Shown: piece by piece, positions 12,470 through 24,581 of the stretch
Position numbering within the stretch: the first letter of the stretch is position 1
Layout of the letters: every line of letters begins with the position of its first letter
NCBI GenBank assembly: GCA_051362555.1
Contig: CM120640.1
Location: 69,604,788-69,668,787, forward strand
Reading direction: 5' to 3'
Origin: Lingula anatina
Taxonomy: Eukaryota > Animalia > Brachiopoda
DNA length: 64,000 nt
Notes under the pieces: model-generated
The model's database searches: none
Told to the model about the DNA's origin: nothing
Seen by the model: the letters and a program-made list of their open reading frames with translations, nothing else
Translations under genes and position numbers: made by a program

Positions 12470-14268
12470 TTTCATATTATATTTTGATTTCATTAAACTT
12501 TTTACAAGCTGTCTGTGATAAAGGAACACATGCTCCACAGTTGAAAACTATAGAAACTATAGGTTATATAAGTAACGGATGGAGAGCTTCTTGTTGGGTT
12601 TTGTCTTCTTTGTATTGTCATTTGTTTGCATATTTTAGTTGCTGTTAAAAAAAAGAATATTGCCGAATGTTCTCAGAGATTCATGTATAGAAATGGAAAA
12701 AAGCATTTCCATTAGAGTTCCTATCATACAGGATATGCTGTATAGAGGGACTGTTCTTTATGACGAGTATTTTTTAAAGGCGTGCTAACTATAGATCTAA
12801 ATGTTTACTGTAATGTTAAGAATGTCATGTCTTACTATAAATTTCAGAGGACAGCCATGACATCAAGTCCTTTTATTTTAAGTCTGAATCGTGCAGGATG
12901 AGTAGATTTGCAGGATGTGTGTACAATGGACAGTCGACAGTTTTAAATGTGGATACTTTACCTTGAGTTACATTTTGCAGTAACCGATGTCACATGTTTG
13001 ACAGATATTTATAAGGAACAGACACTGCATGGAATTAATAGCAGTTGACACAGACTTGCCTCAAGAAGTTGACAAAATAGGAAATAAACCGTAGGACTTA
13101 GTTTTGTTCACATTTGACATGACTTGTATAAGAAGATATGACGTGAGGGTACTAGGATTGCAGTGCAATAGTTTCTGATATGAGCAAGGGTTGTTCTTTA
13201 TTTTCAATTGTATTTTACCATTTCAAATCTTGGCTGATCAAAATGATTTTAGTAATTTACAATTTTAAGGTGCTGCAATATATACAGATGTGATGTGCTT
13301 TTTCCCTTGGCAATATATCAGTAATTGATATAGTTCAAAGATATATTCCTTGTGCATCTGCTAAAGAATGAAATGGTGCAATGATGTTTGTATTTTTCTT
13401 TTTCATTCTAGATTGCTTTGTTTTATTTATTTATTTACTTATTTTTATAATAGATATGAATATTGCTTTAGAATAAGTGGATATTCATATAAATTTGTTA
13501 CAAAACCACCACATGGAAGCATTTGCTATTAGGTGAAAAGTTATTTCCTCTTGTAATACTATCTTGGCAATTACACAGCAAGAAAATGCAGGTGCTCTTA
13601 CAGTTTATTGTGCATATGTATTAATGTTTTTTTTTCCCTGGGAAGGCCTCCAAATTAAGTAGTTCATATATGGTGGATAGTTGATTGTGGCAGTTAAGAT
13701 ATTATTGGTGCTGTCAAAAGCAATGCAGTAGTTTCTATATACATGTTGTAGATGTAAAATATAATCGTGACTTCGTGAAAAAAATCATGAAATGCTTTGC
13801 TGCTTTCAAGCTGGAGGACAGGTGAAGGCGGTGTTATGATTTCAATATCTATTGTATTTGTACGACTATACATAACTGATAATACAGAGTTATCTTGTTC
13901 AGCGGGTATCTTGTGTTACATGCAGCAGGAAATATATAACTTGGTCACGACTATCAGGAAACAATAAACAATGAGTGTCCTTTAACGAATCTCAGTTTTG
14001 CATATTCAGCGAGTGGTGATTCTTTGTTCCTTGTATCCTAAAAGTGCATTTTTACTGAAGATTTCCTAAGGACTATTCCAAAAGCACTCCTGTTGGTGAG
14101 TACTATATACTCAAATACAGAAAGCTGCTGAGCTGAATAACAATTCCAAGTAAAAAATGGGACCAGAAGCCGTACTTCCTCCCTGACTTTTAGTTTTCAA
14201 CATTCCTTTCATGCTACCTGTAGCAGAACGGTAAAAGGCAATCCACAGAAATATCAACGAGGATTGCT

Positions 14269-17200
14269 TCACACTGTGACAGAGGATTCGATTTTCGCAG
14301 TGCCTGCTGGGACGGGTTGGCGGTCGTCTGCCAAGATGCTTCCATGATCTGACCGTGTTGATTTTTCTCGACGCTTATGTCGCCATTTGCAGGAAATTGC
14401 TCTTTTTATTCCGTCCCATAATCTTGTTCTAACGGACTTTGTGAAGAAACAAAACAGCATAGCGTTTCCGAGACCCTGGGAACCATCGCCTATACCCTGA
14501 AAAGAAATTACATAATTAAAAAGAAATTTATACCATAGTCCAGTTATCACACGGAAATCTGCCTACATAGCCCTTGTCCGTTCCACTCTAGAATATGGTG
14601 CTATCATAGGGATCCTTATTTAAAAACAGACATTGATAAAATGGAAAAAATTCAAAGAAAAGTTGCACGGTTCATCACTGGGGATTACAAGTCTCAATCC
14701 CCAGGTAGTGTCACCTCCATGCTGAAATGGGGTCCGCCATATAGATAAACGTCCCAATAAAATATTCGCCCCGATAGATACGTCTCTATACATACACGTC
14801 TCAATATAGATTTACGTCTCGTCAAATTTACGTTCCGATAGATCCACCAACAGATTCCTATAAACCCACGTATCTTTAGATCCAGGTACCGCTAGATCCC
14901 TCTATCTGACATCGTAATCGGCTAAAAGGCCCATATCAACTTGCGTTGTGAAATTTAGAACACATTTTTATGTTCTTTTTTGTTTTGTTTTGTTTAGAAC
15001 ACATTTACATGTAAATTCAGAACACTTTTTACGTGTTCGAATGTTGCATTTTGAGAACGCTTTAAACAGTGTTCTGACGCTAGAACAGTAATTAAGCGTT
15101 GTGAAATATAGAACACACTTTTGTTCTTTTTATGTTCTTTCACTGAGTATTGTGTGAAAACGATCTAGTAGAATAATATATTGCTGACTGCGTACTGCCG
15201 TTTTAAAGAAGTGCATTTTATGTACTGAGTAGTATACCAACCATTTCGAGCAATAGTGTACCTGTAATGGATCTATCGGTATTTGGATCTAAAAATACGT
15301 GGATCTATAGGTATGCGGATTTAAAGGACGTGGGTTTATGAGGACGTCATATCTATAGGAACGCAAATATATAGGACAGCAGAAAAAAATCGGATCTATC
15401 GGTATTTAAATCTAAAAAGACGTTTTTTCCGTTTTTCCTTTATGTATCTATCGGTAACGGGAGTATAGGGACGTGTAATATTTTGGGACTAAATTTTATC
15501 CGTACGTACCCGCTGAAATCACTAGAGATACCACTACTGCAGCAGAGGAGGAAGGAACTGCGGCTAACTTTTCTATTCAAGGTGGCTGAGGGGTTAGTTC
15601 CAGCGATACCCCCCGACACTTACTTCGTACCAGTCTCTAACAAACGTCGTATAAGGGCTAAATCTTTCATTGACTTTGACTCTGAAAACATTGTGAATAG
15701 TACTAATAACAGTCGCTGCTTTCACTTACAACGTTGTAAAACACTCGTCAGAAAAAAATCTTTCTTCGTCAGAACAGTTTCCGATTGGAATGGATTCAGT
15801 GACCAACAAGTAAACGCTGAAACTGTTGAAAGCTTTAGATCAGGACTACTATTTGACTAAGTTTCCCATGCGCTCTCTTCTATCCGTCTACATCATACCA
15901 GTAGGGGAGACCGGGGCTAGTTGGACCCCGGGGTAAGTTGGCCCCCCGTCAATTTATGAAAAAGTAACCACGATGTAAAAAAAATTGGCCACATACACTT
16001 GTAAAGTGACCGTAGCCTACAATGCTAAGGAAGTGTCGGACGTTAAAAAGTTTTACTTAAGCGGTGAGTCTAAATAAACTTTTTTTTGCACCTAAAAGTA
16101 GGCCTAATTTTGTTTAAGAGATTTAAAAATCTATTTTCATATGCTTTTGATCGAATATAAGATATGTATAGGGCATCAAACTGAAGCTCATTGTTTCAAG
16201 TTTCACGGAGATGTATCATCGTTGCTCATTCTAGCACCATAAATGGCTACCATCCTTTAAAATAAATAATGTGCACCCGGGGCTAGTTGGCCCCCTTGAC
16301 TCGGGGCAAGTTGGACCCTCACATTACCAACAGCTTGCCGGTGTTTACTGTCTGATTAATTTTATTTAATTTGCTCTCTGGTGTTTTTTTGAAAATTTAT
16401 ATTAGAAATGTTCTGTTGATTGTATGTATTAAAAAGCGAAACTTTCTTTAGAAAAATATTTATTTTGCCTTAATTCATTGTAAGGGGATTCAATTTGTAT
16501 TTACGGTGTTATATGTGGCCCCAAGGGGATTATCCACCCCTCCCTAGCTAGAGACCATTGTTGAAACAAACTCAGTGGTTAAAAACTGAATTTGTTACTT
16601 TCTTTTAATACGAAATTTATTATTCGTTTTCAATGATTAAAAACCTGCTTTATACCATTATTAATTAATTCTTAATTAAAACAAAACAAATTTTATTGAT
16701 AGATATTTTGGTTCTTGCAACACATACCCCCCCTACAACGTGACGTACGGAAACCTAAAAAATCTGCCTCATTTGAACTATTTATTCATCAAAGACTCTC
16801 AAAAATCAATTTAATAAATTAAAAATGTATAAAAATTTATTTCAAGGCGTTTACATGGGATATATACTTCATTTTCGTATATAGGGGGCCAACTTGCCCC
16901 GACCCTGGGGCCAACTTGCACTGTGGCGGGGCAAGTTGGCCCCCCTGACGTCAACTGCGTTTTTTGTCAAATCGTGAGCCATCTGGCATTATGTTTGAAA
17001 AATAATGGCGTTGCATACGTAGCTTAGTTCATAGGGCTTACTTTGAAACCGGTTTTGTTACTCTAACCCATTCCTAGTTGGCTCTACAAGGCCAAAAGTG
17101 TCTTACGGGGCCAACTAGCCCCGTTCTCCCCTATTGGTGTCTCTAGACGTACATGAACAGATACAGATACAGAAAAAAACCTAGATGTACGGCTGGGTAG

Positions 17201-19233
17201 GCCTATGATTAAGCCACTTCCAAAAATGCGAACGCCGTCAAAAATGTAAAGAAAAATTAGAAAAAAAGGGAAAAAATCAACCAGCGTCTAGAAATGACAA
17301 CTATGAATCGTTTTGCATGCGTGGCTGTTAGGGTACTCATAATGGGCTAAATAACATGTAGGCCCCTACCTGTAACATCATAAGAATCACCATGGCAGGA
17401 TGACTGTCCACTCTCTTCAAGATCGCCTTCTGGCCCGGATAAGCCATTTTGGTAATGGCTGTCACGAGGAACCTGGCAATCCCCCAAATTCTCACGAATA
17501 CCATGACAACGGGAATGGCGACCATCTTCTTGTTAGCTGCCCATATGGCCGCCATGGTTTCTTCGCTGATGTCATGTTGGTCTTTTTCTCGAAGTATCTA
17601 CTTGTAAAAGTCTAAAAACTTAGTGAAGCAAAGATTTTGTCAAAACAATTGCAAAAATAGGTATTTAACAGGTTTTGTCGCGGTGAATCATCTTATAGAA
17701 GTAATTTGTTATTTTTCGTAAAACTGAGTTGGCATTAGATAGGCCTATTGAGACTAAAACAATTTTAAATATAACAAAAGATTGAAAAATAAAGAAGCAG
17801 GTAACATACAAGATTTTATACACCTGAGCAAGAGTATCTTCATTTTATTTTGAAAATTCTGTTGGAGCATGGTCCTAATGAGACCTCATTAGGTCCATGG
17901 TTGGAGTAAGCCATTTCGAATTTAAATGTGTCTTACCTCAGCGTGCACGTGATGAACTGTCCTTGAAGTCAAGATGGCGACGACAATAACTGATGTCAAT
18001 TCCCAAAAAGGCATGCTAAATACCTGCCAGAGAAACTGATCAAAGACAGCCTTCGGATTGGAGTCGTTAACGTTTCTGATCCAGCAAATGCTGGCCGATG
18101 AACTCGAGTTTTTGAGTGCCTCATCATACCCCAGTTCTGTCTCACTCATCAATATGATCACCATCAAACCTAGGAAGATATATGATCAAATAAACTCACT
18201 GAATCGCGGCATTTTACACCGGTTTACGTAAAATACTTGTCTTTATCCTAAACTTTGATTGGGTAAGAGAAAAAGACAAAGTAACGGCTCAAACAGGAAT
18301 GCAGACCTTGAATGTTTTTTTTTATTATTATTATTTTCATTAAAAATTACAACGTTAAAAATTTTGAATTCCTATCAAGATTATCTCCTAGTATATCATT
18401 CCTACATGAAAACTGGGTTTTAATACATTGTTCTAGGTTATCTCGTATCGGTGCATTTTATCATGAGTACTGTCATTGCCATTATTATAGAGAATGCAGT
18501 TGTGAGAATTCACTATTATCCCGAGTTAATTCAAAAGAAAATTCTATTCGTGAAAATAGCCCATAGGTAATTGGTGATTGTCAAAGTTGGCATATTTCTT
18601 TGGAGAAAAATTTTTCATTCATTTCTTTAATTGGCATCATCTGCTGGAAGAATTTATACAAATAGACGCAATATCCTGTACCGAATGTAAATATATGCTG
18701 TCGCCTACAGTTCAGAAAATTTCCCGTGACATATCTAGGATGGAATTTTTTTCTTTCTGTTAGGAATACACGCAGATTGATAATGCCCATACACTCTATC
18801 CTGGAGACTTACTTGGTATCATCCAGCAAACCACATGGCTGGGGGTAATCAACTTCTGTGCCAGTCCAACTCTGTTCCTCACGATGCATATGTACATATA
18901 CAGAGCTAGCACCACCGTCCATAGGCACGATGCTATCGTCCCAAAGATTAGACCTGCCGCAGGGCCCTCACACAGCGCCAGGAATTTGATGTCCGTGTAG
19001 TCAACAGATGTGTGCGTGTCGCTGACGTACCACACTAGCCCTATGGTCTGCGACAGCGCGTTGATGAAATCACCAATGCTTAAGAACACTACGATCTTTC
19101 TGCTGGTCGTCCTAAGATCCACATACATGAAGTAGACTAGGATTATCAGAAGGGTTCCGAGTATAGACAGCACCGAGAAAAACAGTGTCAGTATAACATA
19201 GACCAGGCTAGTCAAAGACAAGGTCACACCCAT
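14269..19233 (-). CDS. GPR157: GPR157-like (cAMP-receptor-like) GPCR, paralogue A; 4 exons: 19233-18813, 18169-17937, 17597-17370, 14496-14269
   Basis: Seven TM segments with family motifs DLRTTSRKIVVFLSIGD, WTVVLALYMY, HVVCWMIP, LGYD..CWI, ANKKMVAIP..VRIWG and GIGDGSQGLGNAMLFCFFTKSVR. Introns are GT-AG and phase-consistent. Confidence 0.9.
14729..15511. mobile_element. Non-autonomous DNA transposon with an 8-bp TSD
   Basis: Perfect flanking duplication gctgaaat (14721-14728 and 15512-15519), GGG...CCC termini and internal inverted subterminal repeats. It interrupts the LINE reading frame. Superfamily uncertain. Confidence 0.75.
15904..17131. mobile_element. Tc1/mariner-pogo-type non-autonomous element
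   Basis: TIRs ggggagaccggggctagttgg and ccaactagccccgttctcccc, TA target duplication (15902-15903 and 17132-17133), and an internally repeated ggggc(t/a)agttgg motif in both orientations. Confidence 0.85.
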
Positions 19234-19970
19234 GATGTGGAGAGGAACTGTCCAGATTGACACCACGTAGACAGAAATACGAATTTCAATAATAAACCAT
19301 AGTTCGAAATAGAATGAAAACAAGCACTATTGAACATCCCTGTTAAAACCCCGCAAATCACATAGCACACAACAGAGCCTGGTGTAGCTGGTTTTGTGAA
19401 GGTTTTTGTGTCAGACACCCCGAGTAACCCTCTATCCAGTTCACGCTCTCCGTCCTCACGTCAGAACTGGGATTGTGTCTATCCTATCCAGATAAGAGAA
19501 GAGAGCTTCAGCATCAGGGTGATTTCAGTCGGCGCGATAGGCGACTTGATAACAGTGATAACCATCTGATAGACTAAATTTCAGCTCCCATTGTATTTTC
19601 AAAAATGGGTCAGTCTTTTTTCTTCTTCCATTATCTCGCAGGAGAGTGTAAGTGATAAGAACAGACAACCTAAAGGAATACGTAATGTAGAATTAAAAAG
19701 ATGAGTTATGATTATATTGGTATATCCACTTTATAAGATTTGCTTCCGAACGAAATTCACCGTTGGACGCTCTGTTTTCACAATTTCCATCCCTAAAATT
19801 TACCCTCTCATTGTACCCGGGTGTCGTACTAGAATCATAATTATTACCTTTTCACAAATAAATCTGCACCTATAAGCATTATGTTAACAGTTTAATTTGC
19901 CCCTTTCATTAAAGGCGGATGTTGTTTTAGAATGATAATGAGTAAATTGCCACTAATGTGTCTGTATGCA

Positions 19971-20232
19971 CAGTGGCGGATTTTGGGGGAGTGTCAGGGG
20001 GACCCTGAACCCCCCCCCCCCCCCCTCCTTCGATTTCTGAAAAAAATAACACCAATGGTCCCCTCTTGAAATTAGGATTCTGACTAGCTGAATCATAGTT
20101 CTAAATTTTACCAAATGGCACCGAACCCCACGCCAAAGGGGGGGGGGGCGAGGGTCGACTTCGCACCTGCGGCCTGTCATTCCTTAAAACCGGACCTCCC
20201 CCCCCCTTCAAATAATCCTGGATCCGCTCCTG
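19971..20232. mobile_element. Short MITE with hAT-like termini
   Basis: Termini cagtggcggat and gatccgctcctg with G/C homopolymer runs inside. Only a 5-bp flanking match (atgca). Confidence 0.55.
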
Positions 20233-20465
20233 ATGCATGATTATTATTCTAACAGTTTTCGTCCTTTAAATACACCTTTTCAGTTGAATCCGGATGTCGT
20301 TTTAAAATCACGAGTAAACTACCATAAATAAGTCTGAATGTATAAGTAGTAGCCTGCCAGGTCTAAAATAACCTGCAGTCTAAATCAAAGGTTACAAAAT
20401 TTAATGGGATATTCTGTCCACTTCAGGCAGCACTGGGCTGGTTTATCAAGGAAAACATAACTAAC

Positions 20466-21634
20466 ATGTAAGTACCATTTCCATGGTAATGTAGTTATTT
20501 TTTTTTTTATATATGTTATCATTTCTAATACATGCATTACGGTATATGAAGGTGCGATACTAAAATTAACGCGTTTTCAACACAATATGGAAGCCCTCAT
20601 TCTTGTTTAACCGTGAACAACAGGACGTAACAACATTCACAATTTACATGTTTCTATACAGTATATCTTTCTATTTATTTTATTTTATTTTATTTTATTT
20701 TACAAAAAGGTTGGTTTATAAGGTTGGAACGCGAATGCTCTACTTGAGCATCCTTTCACATATTGGTTTTCCGATCTACCAAAAAGCAACGGCATATAAC
20801 ACCAATCAACTATCTCCACGTAACAGCCCATCTCTGCGCCCGGTCTACACAGGGGATTGTCCCTTCTTCAAGTCCACGCACATCGGTGTCCGTGGCCAAT
20901 TCCCCGGCTACGTCCAGTTCAATTTAGTACACACCGATATCAACACTACCCGAACGTTTCGAGAGGCGGCACACGATGCCAGCGCAGCTATACAAGGCCG
21001 CGTCGTGGACCATTACGTCGCGAACGTCACTGCTTTCGCAAAAGGGTCTTGCTTGAGCGTGTGCGGCAGTGACTTTATGGGGTGTCAGGGGTGCTCCGAA
21101 AACAAGCTAGAATTACAGGTCACACCGCCTCTTCCTAATGGTTCAATGTATCTCGCTCTCGAAGGCCCTACGACTGCTCTCTTAATACCACAGCACTACT
21201 ACGTAGTCGAGTTATATTGCGTCCTGAAGGGGAACAACATGAACTTCGTAAAAGATATGTACCAGTGGCCTGACGGATACAGTAATATTACCCTCGTGTC
21301 CACTTGTGATTTTAACCACGTGAGACCCGGTAAGGAGTACATCTTCCTCAGTTCGCACCTGGATCTCAGCAACTTTAAACTGGGATATGCGTTTGAAGCA
21401 ACGGAGGAGCGCCAGCGCGTGCTACGCAAGCTCTGTGACTACCATAGGACACCCGTTGTGAACCATAGCTCAATGTCTAACTTCAGGAGGTGTGCCACGA
21501 CCAAGAGACCCGGTGAACAGAGTATTTCATGTGATGATCTTGACAAGAAAAGCCAGGGATTGACCGCCCTTCCAACTCTGCTTAACATGACATTAGCGGT
21601 TATATCAGCTATAGTGGTAAAGCGTTACTTTTAA
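20466..21634 (+). CDS. Secreted or GPI-anchored protein with an NtA/TIMP-like (netrin-module) fold; start codon probably split (AT at 20466-20467, then exon 20710-21634)
   Basis: Long GC-elevated ORF with a moderately hydrophobic N-terminus. NtA-like pattern: AAHDASAAIQGRVV...YVVELYCVLKG...NITL..C....VRPGKEYIFL...LRKLC. The C-terminal hydrophobic tail (LPTLLNMTLAVISAIVV) has almost no cytoplasmic segment. Donor gtaagt at 20468; acceptor aag at 20707-20709. Confidence 0.7.
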
Positions 21635-22618
21635 ATAGATAGCAAAATTACGTTCTATAACTCCTGTCCATCGTCTTATTCTCAAAGGCGTCGAATTTAT
21701 TTCAGAAACTGATGCTTATGAAAACTTCAATTCTAAAAAGTTATGTGTTCTCCCACAAATATTGACAGTTAAGATAAAGATTTGAAAGAGATATAAAGTG
21801 ACGAGGCCTTCGATTAGAGGCAAACTAATATATATATTCAAGATGGCGAAACCGAGTACAGAATCACCGATTCAGTGGAGAAAAGACTTTAAAAAGTGTT
21901 GGATATTAAACTTTTTAGTTCTATACACTTAGGCCTACGTTTGGGTTACATCCTTTATTGAAATAAGATATAGTCTAAGAGCGTTTTAACTTTTTATTGC
22001 ACTTTTTTAATTTTCAAAAATAAAGACGCTTACGGATTGGGATGAATACAAATTCTGATCACAACTTCGAATTTTCCAAAAGTGAGCAGAAGTTCGAAAT
22101 AATTATTTTCCCTCTAAACATTAAAACCATACAATGCGCGTTAGACGTTAATATGGCAAAATACATTCGTCACTAAGTTTCAGGTATATCCCGGTCAAAA
22201 CTATTGAAATAATATTTTTTCTATCTACACGCATACACCTGTATGCCAAGTCCGAATTTCTCGTTTTCACCAATCTCTCTTTCCATTAAGAAAGTGTCTC
22301 AAAAATAAAGACAAGTTAATGGATACTAGGTAATTCAGTGAACGGTTTTGGATAGAGTATACGTTGTTGATTAAGGAAAAACAGCGTAATATACAGAACA
22401 GGCTTATCTACAGGAACATTTAAAAAACTCTTTTCATTTTGATCCATACTCACTACTTCTTAATCAAAACTGTAGCATTTAAAATAAATTGGACGGCATT
22501 TTTCGAAATACGCATTTAGAAACACAACACCACAGAGAAGGCAAGACAGTTTCTGAATGAACAATTTTGGCTGTAGGCCAAGGTCTGTTGTTGGTTGTAC
22601 AGCAGTATACATCCTGTA

Positions 22619-24581
22619 TTACGTGTCATATGACGCCGAGAGAATATCACATGTAACAATTGGAGTGGACTCAGATTTTGATTTTTGTTGATGGAAGCGG
22701 TATGTAGTTTCCGCCTGACAGGACATCGTGTTACGTCGTCGTCTGCAGGAAAGGAGGCAATGTTCACGACAAGCCTGTAGAGAGCGCCACAGTTGCGTTC
22801 TAACTTTGGCAGTACAGAAACAGAACAAGATGCAGTTGGCGAGGCCTTGGGCACTGTCCCCGGCGCCCTACAAATAAACAAAATAATGAAACATTGGCTG
22901 CTTTTTATAACTAAGCTGCATATCAATTTGTATGACGACCTGGATCGGACTGTTGTTTTAAGCCTTCCCTATAAAGAGTCAATTTCTTCTGGTATATTTC
23001 TGTTTATAAATGCTTTATCTTTACAACCATTCCTATTCTAATTAAATATAGCATTTCCAATTTTACTTACTACATAATCATCTTTATAATTTATATTGAA
23101 ATATAAACTTTGTATCTCAAAGAATGATTTTTTCAAGTATGATTTTGACATTAATACTTGGTGAAAAACTTCTTTCCTTCAATTCAAGAACAAAATCAAC
23201 CCCTGATTCACCTAACTTATACAGGGCCCCCATACCAGCCTACCTGAAGAAGCATAATGATGATCATGATCGGATTATTTTCCACCTCCTGTTTGTCTGC
23301 CGCCAGGTCTGTGACCAGGAACCTTACTATCCCCCACACCCTTAGTAATATCAGCACGATGGGGACGAAGAGAAGTTTTTGGTTGGCACTGTGGATGGCC
23401 GTCATGGTCTCGTCTGACACGTAGACTTGACTCTCAGACCTCAGCTGAAACATTATGTACAAAACATTTCTTTAAGCGTGTTCTTTTTTGTGTGTGCTAA
23501 ATACAGAGAATCCACGCCTTTACCCATCTTACGCCATTAGGTTAGGAAATGTGCTAAATATTAATTTTTTTTATACTGTAAAAAAGATTGGAGGCAACAC
23601 GTAATGCTCTGCAAAATGAATTATATATGACAAAGGTTATGATGCAAAGATCAATAACAAACATTATTAAAAATACTTATGTAAAAAGAAAAAGAGAAGT
23701 TGCCTCATTTTCAACCTTCCCCCCAACTATAGCCCACCTCTTTGGCAATGTATGCCCTAGTGTTGCCGTACAGGATACCAATGATGACGAAGACCACGAT
23801 CTCCCACCCCGGCCCGCTGACGAGCTGCCACACCAGCTGGCTGGGACCCTCTTTGATCCAACACAGGCTGGCCCTGGTCTGGTAGTGAGCCAGAGTCAAG
23901 TCATAGCCTAATACGTCGCTCGACAAGGCCGCCACACAGATTACAGCTTAGACGATAAAATTTTGAGATTTCTGTCACAAGGTCACCAGTTAGATCAATT
24001 GTAGATAAGACTGACAAAACCATTTAAAATACAATTTTTATGGCAGCAATTTAATCGAAAATGAAAAAAAAAAGGTTTCAAATTCTATCATTAGTAGAAA
24101 ATTTAAAATGTATGGCTTAACTGAGAGTATACTGACCTGGTACGGTCCAGCACACAAAATGGAATGGCCACATCAGCATCTCAGCTCGGAACACGTCGTT
24201 CTTAACAATACACATGTACAGGTAGATCGCGATAGCCGTGGTCCAGAGGCACGAGCTCATGGCCCCAAACATACCCATCAAAGCCGGAAACTCGCAGAAC
24301 AGCACCATGAATGTTTCAGTTGGGGGTTCCTGATTCCAGGCGTTCTCGTGACCCAAGGTCAGCACCCAGACCACACCCATGAGGTAAGCCACTGCTGAGA
24401 TGAGATCACTTACACTCAGGTATGTCAGCAAGCGCCGACTTGTTGTCCTGAGCTCTATGTAGGCGACATATACGGTGATAATGAGCGAAGAACCGAGGAG
24501 AGACGAAATTGAAAATGTCAGAATGATACCGAAGTAGGCATAATCCACTGCCCCATTTGCCGTGAAGCCCGTATGGTTCAT
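22619..24581 (-). CDS. GPR157: GPR157-like GPCR, paralogue B; 4 exons: 24581-24137, 23946-23738, 23444-23244, 22867-22619
   Basis: Motifs ELRTTSRRLLTYLSVSD, WTTAIAIYLY, HFVCWTVP, LGYD..LCWI, ANQKLLFVP..LRVWG and GAGDSAQGLANCILFCFCTAKVR. Same intron positions and phases as paralogue A. Confidence 0.9.

Larger units (their letters stand above)
14530..17172 (+). mobile_element. CR1/L2-type LINE 3' fragment, split by two DNA-transposon insertions, in intron 3 of GPCR A
   Basis: KSAYIALVRSTLEYGAI..KMEKIQRKVARFITGDY..SVTSML continues after the first insertion as LKSLEIPLLQQRRKELRLTFLFKV..SFFVRTVSDWNG. An (ACAGAT)n tail lies at about 17157-17172. Confidence 0.85.

Noticed and set aside
20603-20709. 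Hydrophobic N-terminal extension (FYLFYFILFYF) of ORF 20603-21634 as a TM or signal segment
   Set aside because: It is the translation of a (ttatt)n polypyrimidine tract within the predicted intron.
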